Assembly (NCBI GenBank): GCA_964016885.1
Contig: OZ024740.1
Span: forward strand, 412,858,001-412,922,000
Source: Eledone cirrhosa
Taxonomy: Eukaryota
Direction of reading: 5' to 3'
Length of the DNA stretch: 64,000 nucleotides
Of this stretch, positions 41,769 through 60,091 are shown one piece after another (the stretch's first letter is position 1; the number at the start of each line of letters is the position of its first letter). A model generated the notes under the pieces. The model was not told where the DNA came from, did no database searches, and saw nothing but the letters and a program-made list of their open reading frames with translations. Both the position numbers and the translations under genes were made by a program.

Positions 41769-41866
<98 letters not shown>
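41769..41866. repeat. (GATA)n microsatellite
   Basis: Read directly from the sequence. Confidence 0.95.
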
Positions 41867-41867
<1 letters not shown>

Positions 41868-42699
41868 TATGTTCTGAATTGGAGCAATGTTTAGAGTCAT
41901 ATAATCATTCAGAACAATGATAAATCTCAAGAGTGTGATTTCAATATTATTGAAGAAACAAATTTGCCATCATATTATCAAGAGCCGTGAATTCAAATAG
42001 TGTTTCCTTCAATTTACTTCAATAACTAATTGACGCCATTTTCATTATTTCATTTTACTCACATATTAATTGATGTATACATGCATTCTTGACGATATAC
42101 ACGTATGCACACGTGTATACAGCTATACACACACATTATTGACAATATAAACTTATACCCACTATTATACAGTTATAAATAGATGTAGATATATTCATGA
42201 AAATACATGTTTTTACATACGTACAATTCCAATACTTTGCCAGTTGTGAAAATATGTCTATAATAAATACTATAAAACCCAGATATATAAATATATTCAA
42301 AGGCGTCTGAATACTGGGATAGATATAAAGATGTTGACGAAACGAAAGAGATACGAGAGTATCTAATGTAAGTATATCATAGAACCAAATGTACTTTTGC
42401 GAGTAATACGTTGTTCATTTGTACGTACATATGTACAAACACATATAATTAATGTAAATTCATTCATATATTCAATTTCTTTGTTTTTTTGAAATGTGTA
42501 TACATATAATCAAGTCATAAATTTTGATTATTTTTCATCAGGAATTTCTTAGCATTTGCAAGCCTCTTTCATATGCAGAGGCATCTAGAATGAACATGTA
42601 TTATAGGAACAAAAGTTATAAAAATGTTAAAATAAGATTGTAAATAGTATCAGCGCTCTTTCAATATAAGATACGATGATGAAAGAAAATTTTACACTG

Positions 42700-43270
42700 T
42701 GTTCAAATAAAGTTCTATATTTAAGTAAACATTGTTTAAATATATTTTATTCATAACAAAAGTGGAATTTTACAGCCAAAGTCATGAATGAGTTGTGGAT
42801 AAATGATAGCTACGATTTATATCTAAAATGTATCCCATCAATTTCGAGTCTTTCTAGCAAATCTTAATAAATGTCCACTCAGTTCGTCTTTTGCTCTAGT
42901 CTCTGGCGGCTAGATTTTCACAATGTTTTTACATAAGTATATGGTTTGTGAGTTGTAGTCGCATCTAAACCAGATTCTACTGCAATGGTATTGACACTTA
43001 ATTGGTGATGAGTCACCATCAGCGCTCGATTCACTTTCACATTTTGTTCATTTTTTTTTAGCAGATTGGCCTTCCAGACGAGGTTGATCTTCAACATTTT
43101 CGCTTTGAAAGATTTGTTTCTCTTAAAACCATTAATTCTCCTTAAAGCTACATCACCGTAAACTTGTGTTAAATAATTAAATACTTTGGTGGTAGACTAG
43201 TTGAGTTTCATAACCTTATTCGATATTTTTTTGCATCGCAAACGTAACAGATTTTATAAAAACATCTATA
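42700..43270 (-). pseudogene. Mariner-type transposase relic
   Basis: Minus strand TQVYGDVAL...ENVEDQPR...NEQNV...LSVNTIAVESGL resembles the mariner N-terminal HTH region. Confidence 0.5.
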
Positions 43271-43462
43271 CATAAACAGCAATAACTTGTAACTGATTCA
43301 ATCGATTAGGTTGAAACATTATGCACGTGTGGCCAGGATCCTACCTGACAAGCGTGTTTACAGGAATCAGGTAGGACATTACCTTGTCGTACATAGCAAA
43401 ATAAGTACTCTTACTTTTGGAACAAACCTCGTGTATATATATATATATATATATATATACAT

Positions 43463-43586
43463 AAAGCATCCATGAAACTGGCTTTCTTAACCAAGAACTG
43501 GATCACAATAAGCAATTTTTTGCTTCTCTAACTATATATATATATATATATGGAAGTATATATATATGCATATATATATATAAATA

Positions 43587-43662
<76 letters not shown>

Positions 43663-43850
43663 TATTTATATATATATATACATATATATATACTTCCATA
43701 TATATATATATATATAGTTAGAGAAGCAAAACATTGCTTATTGTGATCCAGTTCTTGGTTAAGAAAGCCAGTTTCATGGATGCTTTCAACGTACGGTTAG
43801 GGGTAACTCCACAAGTTTGTAAGAATTCCGTTCAATCTTGGAGTATAAAG
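43463..43850. repeat. Inverted repeat around a (TA)n core with a longer right arm
   Basis: 43463-43560 inverts to 43690-43786. Confidence 0.8.
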
Positions 43851-44185
43851 TATAAAAGAGAAAACACAGGTAAGCATTAATAGAAGGATTTTATCCAGGT
43901 ATTTACGACCGTTTCATTGGTACACTTACCAACCTTATATTGCTATACTGTAAATAGCAGCCACTCAATTATAATTGTTGTTCACAGTCCAAATTTTCAA
44001 AATAGTGATTAAGTTACTCCTGAAGTAATTCTTAATATATAGAGAAAAACATTTATTTGGAATTGTATTTACTAGTATATATAGAGAGAGAAGAATCAGA
44101 AGGTGAGGGGACAAATGGAATAGTATAGAGAGAGAGGAAGGGGGAAGAGGTAGGAAGTAGAGTGACAAACTGAGATGGAGGGAGG

Positions 44186-44260
<75 letters not shown>

Positions 44261-46568
44261 ATGATAAAGATAATAATGACAAAAATAAAAGCAAAGAAGG
44301 GGGTGAGAAAGAAGAAAAGAAAAGATAGCCAAGAAGGGGAGGGAAGGAAGGAAGAAAACGATGAAATAGAAGAGGAATGAGGGAGAAGAGGGGGATATAT
44401 GTATTGGTTTTGTGGGTAATTAAAATGGTTTAGATACAACAAGAGGGTATAAAATCTAAGTATATGCAGTTTGTCAGTTGGTAGTAAGAGGTTAAGGGTT
44501 CGATTTGTAGTGCGAAACTTCTCTTTGAGTCTATGGTTGCAATAAATTGATCTTTCGATTTTATTGTTGAGTAACTTATTCTTTGAACTCAAGATGTGGA
44601 ACAGCTCAAGGTCGCATAATCGACAGCTTCTCATACCACTCCGATATGGGGCGCGTTCGATAATTCTTTCTATTTCAGGGTGTATTGATGGTTACTTTCC
44701 CTCAGTTGCCAAATCTTGTTTGCAAGGGTAGTTACATAACGATGCTGGGAATGTTTCATTGCGTAACGGTGTGTATACCAACGGGCTTTAAATGTATTCC
44801 AAGTCGCTCCGATGTAATAACATTTCTGGTTGTCTGATTCCACTGTGCATTGGTAAACCAGGTTAGACTCTATCAATCCATTATGTAATGGACAGGTTTC
44901 AGGTAGGTGGCAGTTACAATTCTTGTCATGGGCAACTTTGGCATATTGGTGGGCTGCGATGCCTGTACAAGTGTGTTACGTTTTGTTTGCCTATTAGCGG
45001 GTGGTTGTGTATTAGATATTCTGTTGTGTTCGGTGGTGATTGTATTGTTATTGTTTTAAATTTGTGTTTTGGTGTTGTTATGTATCTTGTTAGCGTTAAG
45101 CATCTTAATGTGTGCCTCTATATTTGGTGCTGTGGAGTAAGATAGTCTAATAGATTTAGTGTTAAGGATTTTGCTGTATCTATGTGAATCTGGAAAGTGC
45201 TTATTTATTATTCTAAAGAAGGTAAAAAGTAGGTTAGTACTATAGAGGTGTTAAATATGGGGTTATACCAAATATATTTTCTACTGCGTGACTTGTTTGA
45301 TTTCGATGTTGTATTTTTATTTGCCGTATACTTTGCAGTTCTATGCGTAAGTGCGAGTGTGCCTGTGTTACCGGAGTTTGTGTTATGAATGTTCGTGTGC
45401 GCTTCACGGAGGCTTTCATTCTACTCTATCTAAGTGGCCTGCCTTGTCTAATGCAGTATTGTAATATTCTGTATGTTCTTCGAAGATTTGTCGGTTAGAC
45501 GAGAGGCGGGAGATCCTGAGGGATATGCTGCGTGGAATGGATTTAATTATGGATAGTGGGTGGTTTGAGTTAAAGTTGATGTATGCTAAGTTTTCATTAA
45601 TCTTATGAAAAGGTCTTATAAGTCCCATATTTAGGTTAAGCGTCGCGTCTAGAAAGTTAACTGTTTTAGTGCAATACTCATACGTTATGCTAAGGCCTAG
45701 TTTCCCGAGAGTCTTTCTAACATTCTTACTGAGTCTTTCTATGCTCTAGTTATTTAGGTTCTTAACTAGGAGAAGGGCGTCGTCTCTGTAGACTCTACCG
45801 TGAAGTTTGCTAAACTCACTTTGTAAACTATGGGCTATGTAAATACCTACTAAATCTGTGACTTGAGCCGAATCGTTAGACCCCATCGTGATGTCGAAGT
45901 TATTTAATCTATCCTTACGTTCCCAACAGGCGTTTTCAAATTTAATTATTGTTTTCCTAGCAGCTAATATGATTTTTATCTCGTCGTCCGTTATGTCAGA
46001 TTTGGCTTTGGCGAATGCTAAGGCTTTATCCAAGGTGTTGGGGGATATAGATGAGTAATAATCGTTAATGTCAAATTGTATAAATTTAGATACTTCTTTG
46101 TTAGCTATATTGTTAAACCACTTAATTGTTTCGGTAGCGTTACCCCATAGTTTAATCACTAGTTTATTCTTCATTTGTGCTATCACTCTGTCTAATATAT
46201 GTTTACTAATTTTCCCGATGTCCGATTTGGACGGGCATATAAGTCTAATTGTGGGGTTATAATCAAAATTTACCTTTTGGTCCTGGAGGTTAAATGTGGG
46301 GGTACATGGCCTAAGTGGCTCCGCTCTGTCGTCTACTCCTAGGTGTTTGACTATATTGTGTGCCTCGTTGTTGATGTTTATCAGTGCCGTCTCATTATTT
46401 TTTTTTATTTCCTATGTAATTCCTTCAGTATGAAGCTATTGTATGTATTAACATCCATCGTATACACATTTGATGTTTTGTCCGCTTTGACAATAATTTG
46501 ACAATAATTTGACAATAATTTGACAATAATTTTCAGTATAGCAATATAAGGTTGCACTTACGGTCGTA
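43851..46568 (-). mobile_element. 5'-truncated Naiad-like PLE with a short inverted pLTR arm
   Basis: RT motifs FIQFDINDYY, MGSNDSAQV, VYRDDAL, IWYNPIF; then CNC..CPL and VYQC..YYIG. 46531-46568 is an inverted pLTR piece ending ggtcgta|(TA)n. Confidence 0.85.
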
Positions 46569-46589
46569 TATATATATATATATATATAT

Positions 46590-46875
<286 letters not shown>

Positions 46876-47178
46876 TGTATGTATATATATATATATATAT
46901 ATATGCTGGAACTGCAATCGCTCTGTATAAGCAGCTCCTGATTATGACAGGAATTCTATAAGAATCCAGCTTCTATAATTTTCGCCGACGGCAGGGGAGT
47001 ACGTGGCTCTGATGTACACCAACCAGCATGAAACAGAATGTCAGCTGCTCTCCCTTCCTTCGCCGAAAAGATGTAAGTTACTTAGTCACTACTTTAAAAC
47101 TTATAGCATATTGTCTTCTATATATGTTTAATTAAACATAGGATGCATTGCCAAATATACTATACATACATTCATACA

Positions 47179-47244
<66 letters not shown>

Positions 47245-47268
47245 TATGTATGTATATATATATATACA

Positions 47269-50789
<3,521 letters not shown>

Positions 50790-50793
<4 letters not shown>

Positions 50794-51107
50794 AGTATAT
50801 GTTGGTTGTATACCAACACCTCAGTGTGCAGATTGGAGCACTCGACGAAGTGCGCAGGTTGGTTTGGTTACTCCGGATTAATGTAAAATAAACTAAAACA
50901 AATAAGTCAAATATTTAAAATTTGGCTTCGTTTATTACTGCTATATATATTTCGGTGACAGCCATCTTTGGCTGTGACCTCTTTAGGCAGTCCGAATTAG
51001 TGTGGTAGAGACGAGTACACATGTTGTTGAGGTGTTTAACTATGTCAATACTCTAATATGCCCAGTTCCTGGTTGGGTTGTTATTTCACTGAGGAACTGG
51101 AATCATA
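50790..51107 (-). mobile_element. Family C mini-element, colinear form
   Basis: Homologous to 7561-7830; TA flanks. Confidence 0.7.
50937..50991 (-). ncRNA. Type I hammerhead (G5 mutated in this copy)
   Basis: ACUGC-CUAAAGA-GGUCACAGCCA-AAGA-UGGCUGUCACC-GAAA-UAUAUA-UA-GCAGU; the sister copy has CUGAAGA. Confidence 0.7.
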
Positions 51108-51222
51108 CATATATATATATACATTTATATATATATGTATACATATATATATGTATATATATATATATGTATATATATATATGTATATATATATATATGT
51201 ATATATATATATGTATATATAT

Positions 51223-51900
51223 ATATATTTAGAAACACACAGATACATGCGGACACACACATATATACATGAATGCATCCGCACCCAACTGTGAGTTAAG
51301 GGTGCCAACTTCACCGATGTTGCTCAATGAATGACTGGGACAGACCAAGTCATTGGTCTGTCCCAGTCATTCATTGAGCAACATCGGTGAAGTTGGCACC
51401 CTTAACTCACAGTTGGGTGCGGATGCATTCATGTATATATGTGTGTGTCCGCATGTATCTGTGTGTTTCTAAATATATTAATAACTCCCTCTGGTCGAGC
51501 AATCTTTGAAGTGTGGGGACAACTGGAAAGCTTCCATTACTCATACTTCTCGCCTTCTTCACTACCTCTTCTACGGCCTCGATATGAATACCCCCTCCGC
51601 CTCCGTGGTATTTTTTTCGTGGTTATAGGAGGCTTAGCTCTGTTTCTCGACCGTTATATCGCGTGACTATCTCCCCCTCCGCCTTTTGGGATTCTTTCTC
51701 ACGTCGTGTAGACGCGTTCTTGAGACTAGTAAAATGAGTTATCCTCTTGATAAGTCGGCAGACCTCGCAGGGACTCTATATCTTTGATATATTGTTTTTG
51801 TTTATGCCACGAAACTACGTAGTCGAGGAATTTAGGAACAGTTTAGGTATGATACATTTTATTACTAATTATATCTAAATGTTTCTTCTCTCTTCATAAT
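51223..51900 (+). mobile_element. Element with a perfect 126-bp-arm palindrome and a downstream hammerhead
   Basis: Arms 51223-51348 and 51353-51478 with a gtca spacer; the right arm continues to the HHR and (TA)n. Confidence 0.75.
51742..51829 (+). ncRNA. Type I hammerhead, U3-A8 variant
   Basis: UCCUC-UUGAUAA-G..GGCA...UGCC.C-GAAA-CUACGUAG-UC-GAGGA; predicted cleavage after 51824. Confidence 0.8.
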
Positions 51901-51973
51901 GTATATATATATATGTATATATATGTATATATATATATATATGTATATATATGCATATATATGTATATATATG

Positions 51974-52027
<54 letters not shown>

Positions 52028-52149
52028 CATTTATATATATATGTATACGCAGATATAAAAGACAGCGAGAAGCGAAAACCAACCAAACAGTGAGTGTGTT
52101 CTGTTATTAATTCTGGCAATATTACGCAAATATGACCCTCCCCAAGTAT

Positions 52150-52212
<63 letters not shown>

Positions 52213-53855
52213 TTGATAAATATATATATATGTGAATGGGTGTGGGTCGTGTGTGTGTGTTTGTGTATTATGTATTATAGGCGTTTACCTATCGGTGTAT
52301 TAATATGTGTATTCGGCTACATGTGAGCGTAACTCTGTATATGTGCAAGTTAGCAGAAATATTCAAATGACGGTAATTACATTATGTAAGGTAAACTATT
52401 ATACAACTGAAAAATCTATGTGAATTATTGATGTTTTAATTGGCTTTTACACAGGAAATGCAACAATGTACAGATATATTGCATGAAATGGTACACATGC
52501 AGCTACGTGTGCATATATATGTAGATATATGTACGTAAATATACATATATCTGTGTGTATCTGCACGTGTTTATGTGTGTGAATGTGTGTGAGTGTGTGT
52601 GTCTATACTTTTAAATAAAAATTAGGTGATTGAAACAACTGAAACACATGTATGTTTTATTTCATATAACCTTTTGTATCTATCATGGCAAACGTAAATT
52701 TGAATATAGGCAATTTATTTCAATGATTCATTAAAATATATTCCTTGTGGCTATTACACACATGGTGACTGCCAACTCGTTTTCGAGTACGGCTACTACA
52801 TTATATCCATGTAGGAGAACCCCTACCGATGCGCTGAACGAGTGTGACTTTTTAGTCCAGCCAGCGACTTGAAAACTCTGGTACAAACACTACACTTGTG
52901 ACAATTATTGGCACATAGTGCTGGGCCCTTGGTACCCTGTGATGACAAGTGCAGAGATCTCTCCAGATATAAAGCAATGACTGTGCCGTGAAGCTTTTAT
53001 AGTGAGCAAAGGCACTGCACAAAGCCAGTCCCTCTCTCTTAACCAAGATGATATTTACCAAAAAGAAGAACAAGTCAACATCATTGGATACCATCAGAGT
53101 TGCAGCTGTTATATCAGAGTTTTCCTCCTCCTAGAATTCTGCCTTGACAAAGGCTAAGGGGTCATCTCTCCTCTCATTACACACATTCGTCTCTGTATAC
53201 ATACATAAACATATATTCACGAACACATTTCAAGTAATGTGCTTAATATCTTTCTATCATATCCTTACATAAAATTATATAATTTTTTATAAAAATATAT
53301 ATTACTCCACCGATGTATACTATTTTGATTATTCCGCCGTACATACATATATTCAACCGAAAATACATGCATATATATATTCATATATTCATAAATTGTG
53401 ACCTTCGTCTCTTTCTACAATACCTGTTTCAGTTATTCATCCATTGAAATGAGTAATAACTTGTATTAATTCGCATATGACTGATCTTTGAAAACAAATA
53501 TGAGCCCTTAACATATCTAACAAAGAGATTCAACGTGTAATATAATTAAACAGACACGCATTATGGATTGCAAACGTAGTTAATCAGATGAGTTTCTTAA
53601 ACATCCCCTTTGGCCGCTTTGACCTTTCAATCCCGATTCCTAGGTCGCCCGTAAGTCTGGATTAAAAGAAACTTGCCAATGTTTTTTTAAGTGGTAGCAT
53701 TCCTACGACAATTAATTTTCTTTATACATTAAAAATAATTATACATGACAATAAAAGAACATTACTAGAAATCCAAAACGCTATAAAATATATAGGATGG
53801 GTTGGGGTCTCAATATGTAAACTAAACGACCAATTCCTTTCCTATTTAAAACAAA

Positions 53856-54020
53856 ATAATTGTTTCTACATTTGGGACAAGGCCATAAATTATCGCAGTG
53901 TATTACTGGTACTTTACTTTATCCACCCCGTAAGGATGAAAGGCGGGATTTGAACCATAAAGGGCCGTAACTCTTTGCTGCAAAGCATGGCGTCCGACCC
54001 TCTACCGATACTGCCAATTC
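53856..54020 (-). mobile_element. tRNA-derived SINE with internal deletions
   Basis: Matches 15410-15585. Confidence 0.8.
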
Positions 54021-55055
54021 ACCAAGTATAATGATAGCAAAATACGTACATACTGTTGAAGTATAAGCAAACCACATAGGATCAAATTTTATATATCTAC
54101 TAAAATACTAAAATATCATGGAAGCGAAATTATTTTCTACTGCACCAAGTGTAGCAAAGAAGTTAGCTTGATAATCATACAAGTCAGTTGCACCGAGGCT
54201 CCATATTCGCAGTTAGAGATTTAATATTGCGAATCTCGTCAGAATGAAAATATAATTAAATGTATATTAATTTTTTTCTCTGCATATATGAATATGATTC
54301 CAACTATATTGATATTCATATAATGTAGATATAAATCGTTAAAACTTCAAAAATCTGTGCATGTGCAAATGGGATTCAGCAATGCACAAATCCTCCAATG
54401 TGGTCTCTGGTATTATTTCATGTTAAACTGATATTCATTATTAAGTAATAATATGTTTTTTTTCCTTTTATGTTATGCATATTTCACATTATCGTGTGTA
54501 GGAGGCAACCACTATATGTAATCACGCTAGAAACAGCTGCTTCAAATCACGCAATGAATGACATACTGAACAACGTAGTACACGAATGCACTCTTTCCAA
54601 CATCAAGACAATAATACATAACAGAGACATATATGTGTCATACATACAGGTATGTAAACATACATATATGCATACACATACATAATTGCGTAGATACAAG
54701 TTATTAAACCTGTGAATTGCTTTGTTGTACCTGTTAACTTAATATCGTTTCAAATAATTTTATGGATATTTAAATAATTACCTAACAACAGCAAAATAAT
54801 TCACGTCATTTCCATCAGACTCCATATAATTATAATCATCGAGATCATTAACAAATACAATATCATTATTCTTGTTATCATCCTTATCATTCTGATTTAA
54901 ATCAATCTTTATTCGCCATGTAAAATTCAATTCGGTTTATTTATTAATTATTCATTGTTAGAGAAATTACTACTGACGCTATATTGTCAGTACAAGCTTA
55001 TCCTAAAATGATATTGTGTATTATGTAATACTATATGTTTTTAATGTTATTACTA

Positions 55056-55743
55056 ACTAACAGTGGAACCCGGCGTTGCACGGGATAAGGTATTATGGAA
55101 CGCAGACCGCCAACATACCAAATCGTGGAAAAACTGCATGCCTGGAGAATATGTAAGGAAAATACACCGAATACTCTGATGGCTGGATAATCTTTAAGAT
55201 TTTCCTCGATGAAGCAGGAAAAATACAGGTTTTCCCCTAATGCGGGCCGTAGGGGATCAAGAAAATGAATTTTTTTTTATGTGCATAATATGCCTTGAAA
55301 TTTCGGGAAAATCGGCTAGACGTAACGCCTCAAAAAAGCCTTAAAAAGCTGAATAAATGAAGTTTTTCACCTAATGCGGGCCCTAGGCCATAAAACAGTT
55401 GGATTTTCTTTGCTCACGGTATGAAGACGAGACTGACTAATAAATAGTTAAATTTCAAGGAAATCGGTCTGACATAACGCCTCAAAAAACCCATAAAAAG
55501 CTGAAAATACGCAGTTTTTCAGCTAATGCGGGCCTCAGGGGATCAAACCGTTGAATCTTTTTATGTACATAACACTGCCTGAAACAAATAATACACATGT
55601 ATAGTTTGAAAAAAAACCGGTTGGGTACTCTAGAGTTTTAGGGATTCAAACTCACAGGCATGCAGTTTTTCCACGATAAGGTCTGTTGGCTGCCTGCGTT
55701 CCAAAATACCTTATCCCGTGCAAATCCGGGTACCACTGCTAGT
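55056..55743. mobile_element. Element with ~89-bp terminal inverted repeats that resemble Helitron 3' ends
   Basis: 55056-55144 inverts to 55655-55743; each ends in a hairpin plus (C/T)TAGT; three internal ctaatgcgggcc repeats. Confidence 0.75.
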
Positions 55744-56049
55744 ATTTCATAAAAATGTGAACTAGACTAAATGTAAGCAAAGGCCAAGATATATCGTAAA
55801 GACGATTCAGGGAATATATCTGCCGCCAAAGGTTAGGCCATTTGATGAGATTTCACTGTTTCTGTCTACAACATTCTACTAGTATGAGATAGTAGATTCT
55901 AACCAAAAGGGCTGATCAGGTGAATCGAACCCGCTTACCAAATTACTGGTGATACGTGTATTTCCCAATGGTAAACAAAGAGAGATTTTTTAGAGTTGAT
56001 AGAAAAAATAATGGTTTCTAACTTCCATAACAATCACGAATACTAAAAA

Positions 56050-56560
56050 GGTTTCAAGTCATACAATGTTAAAGTTAGCTATTGCTGTTTAAAGAACAGT
56101 GCTTCTAGCACCAAACCAAATAACGCATTCGAACAAAACGTACACCATTTCTATATCCACCACATTCACTTTATTGTAATTCCCCAAACCCTCAATATTA
56201 TCCCCTGGGATTATCATGCTTCTCAATGGGGTGGTCTACTGAACCATCCTAACAACACCAGCTGGCATCTGTAGGAATTATACGACCCAAAGAGCCAAAT
56301 AGTTTATGTGTAGTTTCCCTCAGCAGACACACTTCTTTATGAGAAAGAATTAAGAAATAACAGCTTCATCTATTGGCTCTCTAATTAAATGCCCTAGATC
56401 ACAAATTCTCTTTCCAGCGAGGGAACGATTATCACCAGCATTGCATCCTTGAAATGTTGCATATATTTCAGCAATCAACTATATTTATCAACATGAAAAT
56501 CAGCCTATCGTTTTGCTTTCACCGGAGAAATGCGTTATTAGCAAACATCAAATCATATCG
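56050..56560 (+). pseudogene. Possible old LINE post-endonuclease fragment
   Basis: PWDYHASQWGGLLNH...SW resembles a CR1/L2/Jockey linker; heavily decayed. Confidence 0.3.
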
Positions 56561-58135
56561 ATTACATTCAGAGCGATGCTTACATACAACCAACTAACAA
56601 GTCTATTGGAGCTATCGATACGGCGTAGTCAACTGCCCTGTAGCCAACTGGTGTTGTTAAAGCAAATATCAAATCACATGTTTTTAAAACGTCAGTTCAC
56701 CCCCTCTGCATTTGAAATTTATTTTATTTTATCATATCTGAAATCATATCTAGGGGCAAGAAAATATTTTTCAATGCAAATCTCAGTTAAATTCTTAATA
56801 TAAATGCAGAGACAGCCTCACACCTTTACATTTACACTCACAGCTCTGCACGCACACGCACAAAATTACACACAAATATACTCACTCTGAATAGATGAGA
56901 CGACCAAGTAAACGTCCCACACCATAAATGCTCCATCTAACAGTTTTCCAAAACATGGCGAAATGAACAGTCCTGTTGTGCCCGAAGAATTTTTTTTTCG
57001 TGTCTGACCCTGGTCACTTTACCCTATTATTCGATTGCTTCTTTATTTTCTCATTTTGTTTTCGTTTACTTTTCACATACATGTATATATCAACATTTAC
57101 TTCACTTAAAGCTTCAATGTGGAATATACTTTACCCTGATTCTACATGCACTTCCATCTGGACATGACTACGGACCACTGGATCTCTCGCACATACCAAT
57201 TTCCCTGGACTCGAACACACTGTTTTCACTAACTCTCTCACCACCCCTCTTTAATTATTTTCTTACCCGTTCCCCAGTTACCTTCCTTCTATCACCATAC
57301 TTCTTTTCTCTTCTTCACTCTCCACATGTATATTTCACCTCCTTCCCCCATACACATGTGTGTTTCCATCTCTTCTTCCCACCACCTTCAGCCCGAACCC
57401 TAACACACCACTAGTCTCTTTCTGACTTTTTCCCAACCTCTACACGCACTCTCCCCGTTAACATGCCCAATCTTCAATTCTTCTTCTGTCATGTCCATTC
57501 CCATACAAACGCATCCTCCAGCAATTTCCCCCGATGTGCATCCAATACTCCTTACACCTCTCCACATTCCTCTTTAAACACACCTCTACTACAACCACGT
57601 CAATGTTCAAACATTCTTCCCCACCGCCAAGGCATCTCCTGAGATGTTCGTTTCCACTTCCACCCCATGACATATTTCACCGCAACTATAGACCCCCTCC
57701 TTACCCACTCCTCCCGTCATCTTCGGTGTGAACCATACGTTTCACCCTCTCCCAGATCTGCATCCTCGACCGAGATCCCACCAAAGCATACCTTCATCTC
57801 TCTTCTACTTGTCATTCCCTTCTCGCCTAAGTTATCGTCCAACTAATTCTCCACGTTTCTACTTAGTGACTACTTATTAACATAAACGACCACTAGGAAG
57901 AATAATCTCATTTTTTTTTCTCAGCAGCCCCATACGGAGTCGACTTGATAATGGATGGTTAATCCGAAAATAGTTTGGGAATATCAAATTGCTGAGGTAA
58001 CCTTCAGTCATTCTTCCTTTCTTACTTTGCTTTCTCTCTCAATTCATTTCTGATTTCTGATATTGGTAATCTACATCACATGGATTGCATTCCTTTCTGA
58101 ATAAACGAACCCGCTTTTAATATATATATATATTC

Positions 58136-58265
58136 AGAGTAAAATCAGGGCATAACCACAGTTTAAAAGGCACACAATACATTAGTAGGATGTAAGCATA
58201 ATTATTGATGATTTCATTCAAATGAAACAATTATATTCCTGTAGAAGGCATCTGAATATTAAACA
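58136..58265. mobile_element. Old family B copy with non-overlapping arms
   Basis: Left part resembles 7349-7400; right part (tgatgatttc...atgaaaca...cctgtaga) resembles 7480-7536. Confidence 0.6.
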
Positions 58266-59349
58266 ATGATGATATATATTGTATATCTCGTATAGCCATT
58301 GACCTGTACCTAAAATCTTCGTCTCTATGATGCAAGATATGGCAAGTTATAACATATTTTTAGGGGAGGGGGGAACAAGTTTCTCCTGTAAGTTTGGATC
58401 TTCTTCACATGCCACTGCTAATGTCCAAAAGCATGACATATTCAGATACTCTGTGGAATAGGCATTACACCAGGCACCCTCAGAACGAAAAGGTCAATAT
58501 TAGACATATGCAAGAGTTCAGCACTTCTGCCAACGCTCCACGTTGATGATAATATTCCTGTGAAAACATGCAAACATCCAGTTTTTTTCGTATCATGGAG
58601 TATATTTAGAGTGTCAACTTCTTTCTAACGTATTCCAAAAATGACGACAGCATGTAAATGTCAAACAGAAATCGTGAATGAAAAAATATGATTGTCGAAA
58701 TTTTAAACTGTATGAAAGATCTATTATATTCAAGTAATGTGCACTTCTTACTGAAATAAATATAGGAAGATGATTATTTTTGAGACATTTATTTGAATTT
58801 TCCGAAATGTCTAACATTAGAGAAAACACGATAGGCGACAACCTTAAAGTTTACATATTTTGAAAATGAATAAAATTTGAACCCAAGCCAAAATTACTCG
58901 TTTCAATGTTTTCTCGCAAAGAAACGTAGATTTATATATTTCTCCATCCCGTTTGTTGGAGTATGCAGTCTAATGTAGTCTAATGTAGTCAGCGTTCTTT
59001 CCTCACATTAGATATATATTCCAAACAGATTCGTGAAGTAGTGACCGCATCTTTGACCAATAGTGGAACAACCTTCGTATCTAATTAACAGCTTTTCAAG
59101 CCATGCCACGGTGAGATGAAACATAATAATGACATCGTCCGTAATATGAAACAAATGTATGCAGCATTACTAGGTTAACAGTAAGAATAACATTGAACAG
59201 AATTTGTACAACAGAAAAACAGCGAAAAACAAAATAATGTATCTAAAAAGTTTAGCAGACAGAAAGAGACGATATAAAATTGAATGCATATATTCACATA
59301 CATACACACATACACATGCACACACAAACTCACACACACACTTATATTT

Positions 59350-59399
<50 letters not shown>

Positions 59400-59440
59400 G
59401 TATATATATATATATACGTATATATATATGCGTATATATT

Positions 59441-59519
<79 letters not shown>

Positions 59520-59760
59520 TAGACATAGAGAGAAGAGTGAGAAGAGGGCAAGGCCAGGATAAAGAGACACAAAGAGAGTGAGACAGATTATATGAGTTGG
59601 ACAGATAAGAAGATTAGACAGATAAATAGAATACAAAGAAAAGAAGACATGCGAATTATGAGAACACTCAAAAATACAAAGATATTAGGAGTTACTTTAA
59701 ATGCCCTACATTATAAAGTTACATGTAATCTTGACAAACATATATGCTTATATATGTATG

Positions 59761-59799
<39 letters not shown>

Positions 59800-59816
59800 G
59801 ATATATAGAAGATATT

Positions 59817-59873
<57 letters not shown>

Positions 59874-60022
59874 GCATATATATATATATATATATGTGTG
59901 TGTTGTGTGTATATATATAGAAAATCCAATACACTATATACACATAGTGTTATGTGTGTCACGGTGAATCAGTGGTGGAGATACCTAAATGAGCACTCGA
60001 TGCCTCAGACAGTGTGTATATG

Positions 60023-60091
<69 letters not shown>

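Noticed and set aside
57400-57800. Old RTE Cys-rich fragment on the minus strand
   Set aside because: Too decayed to support by eye.
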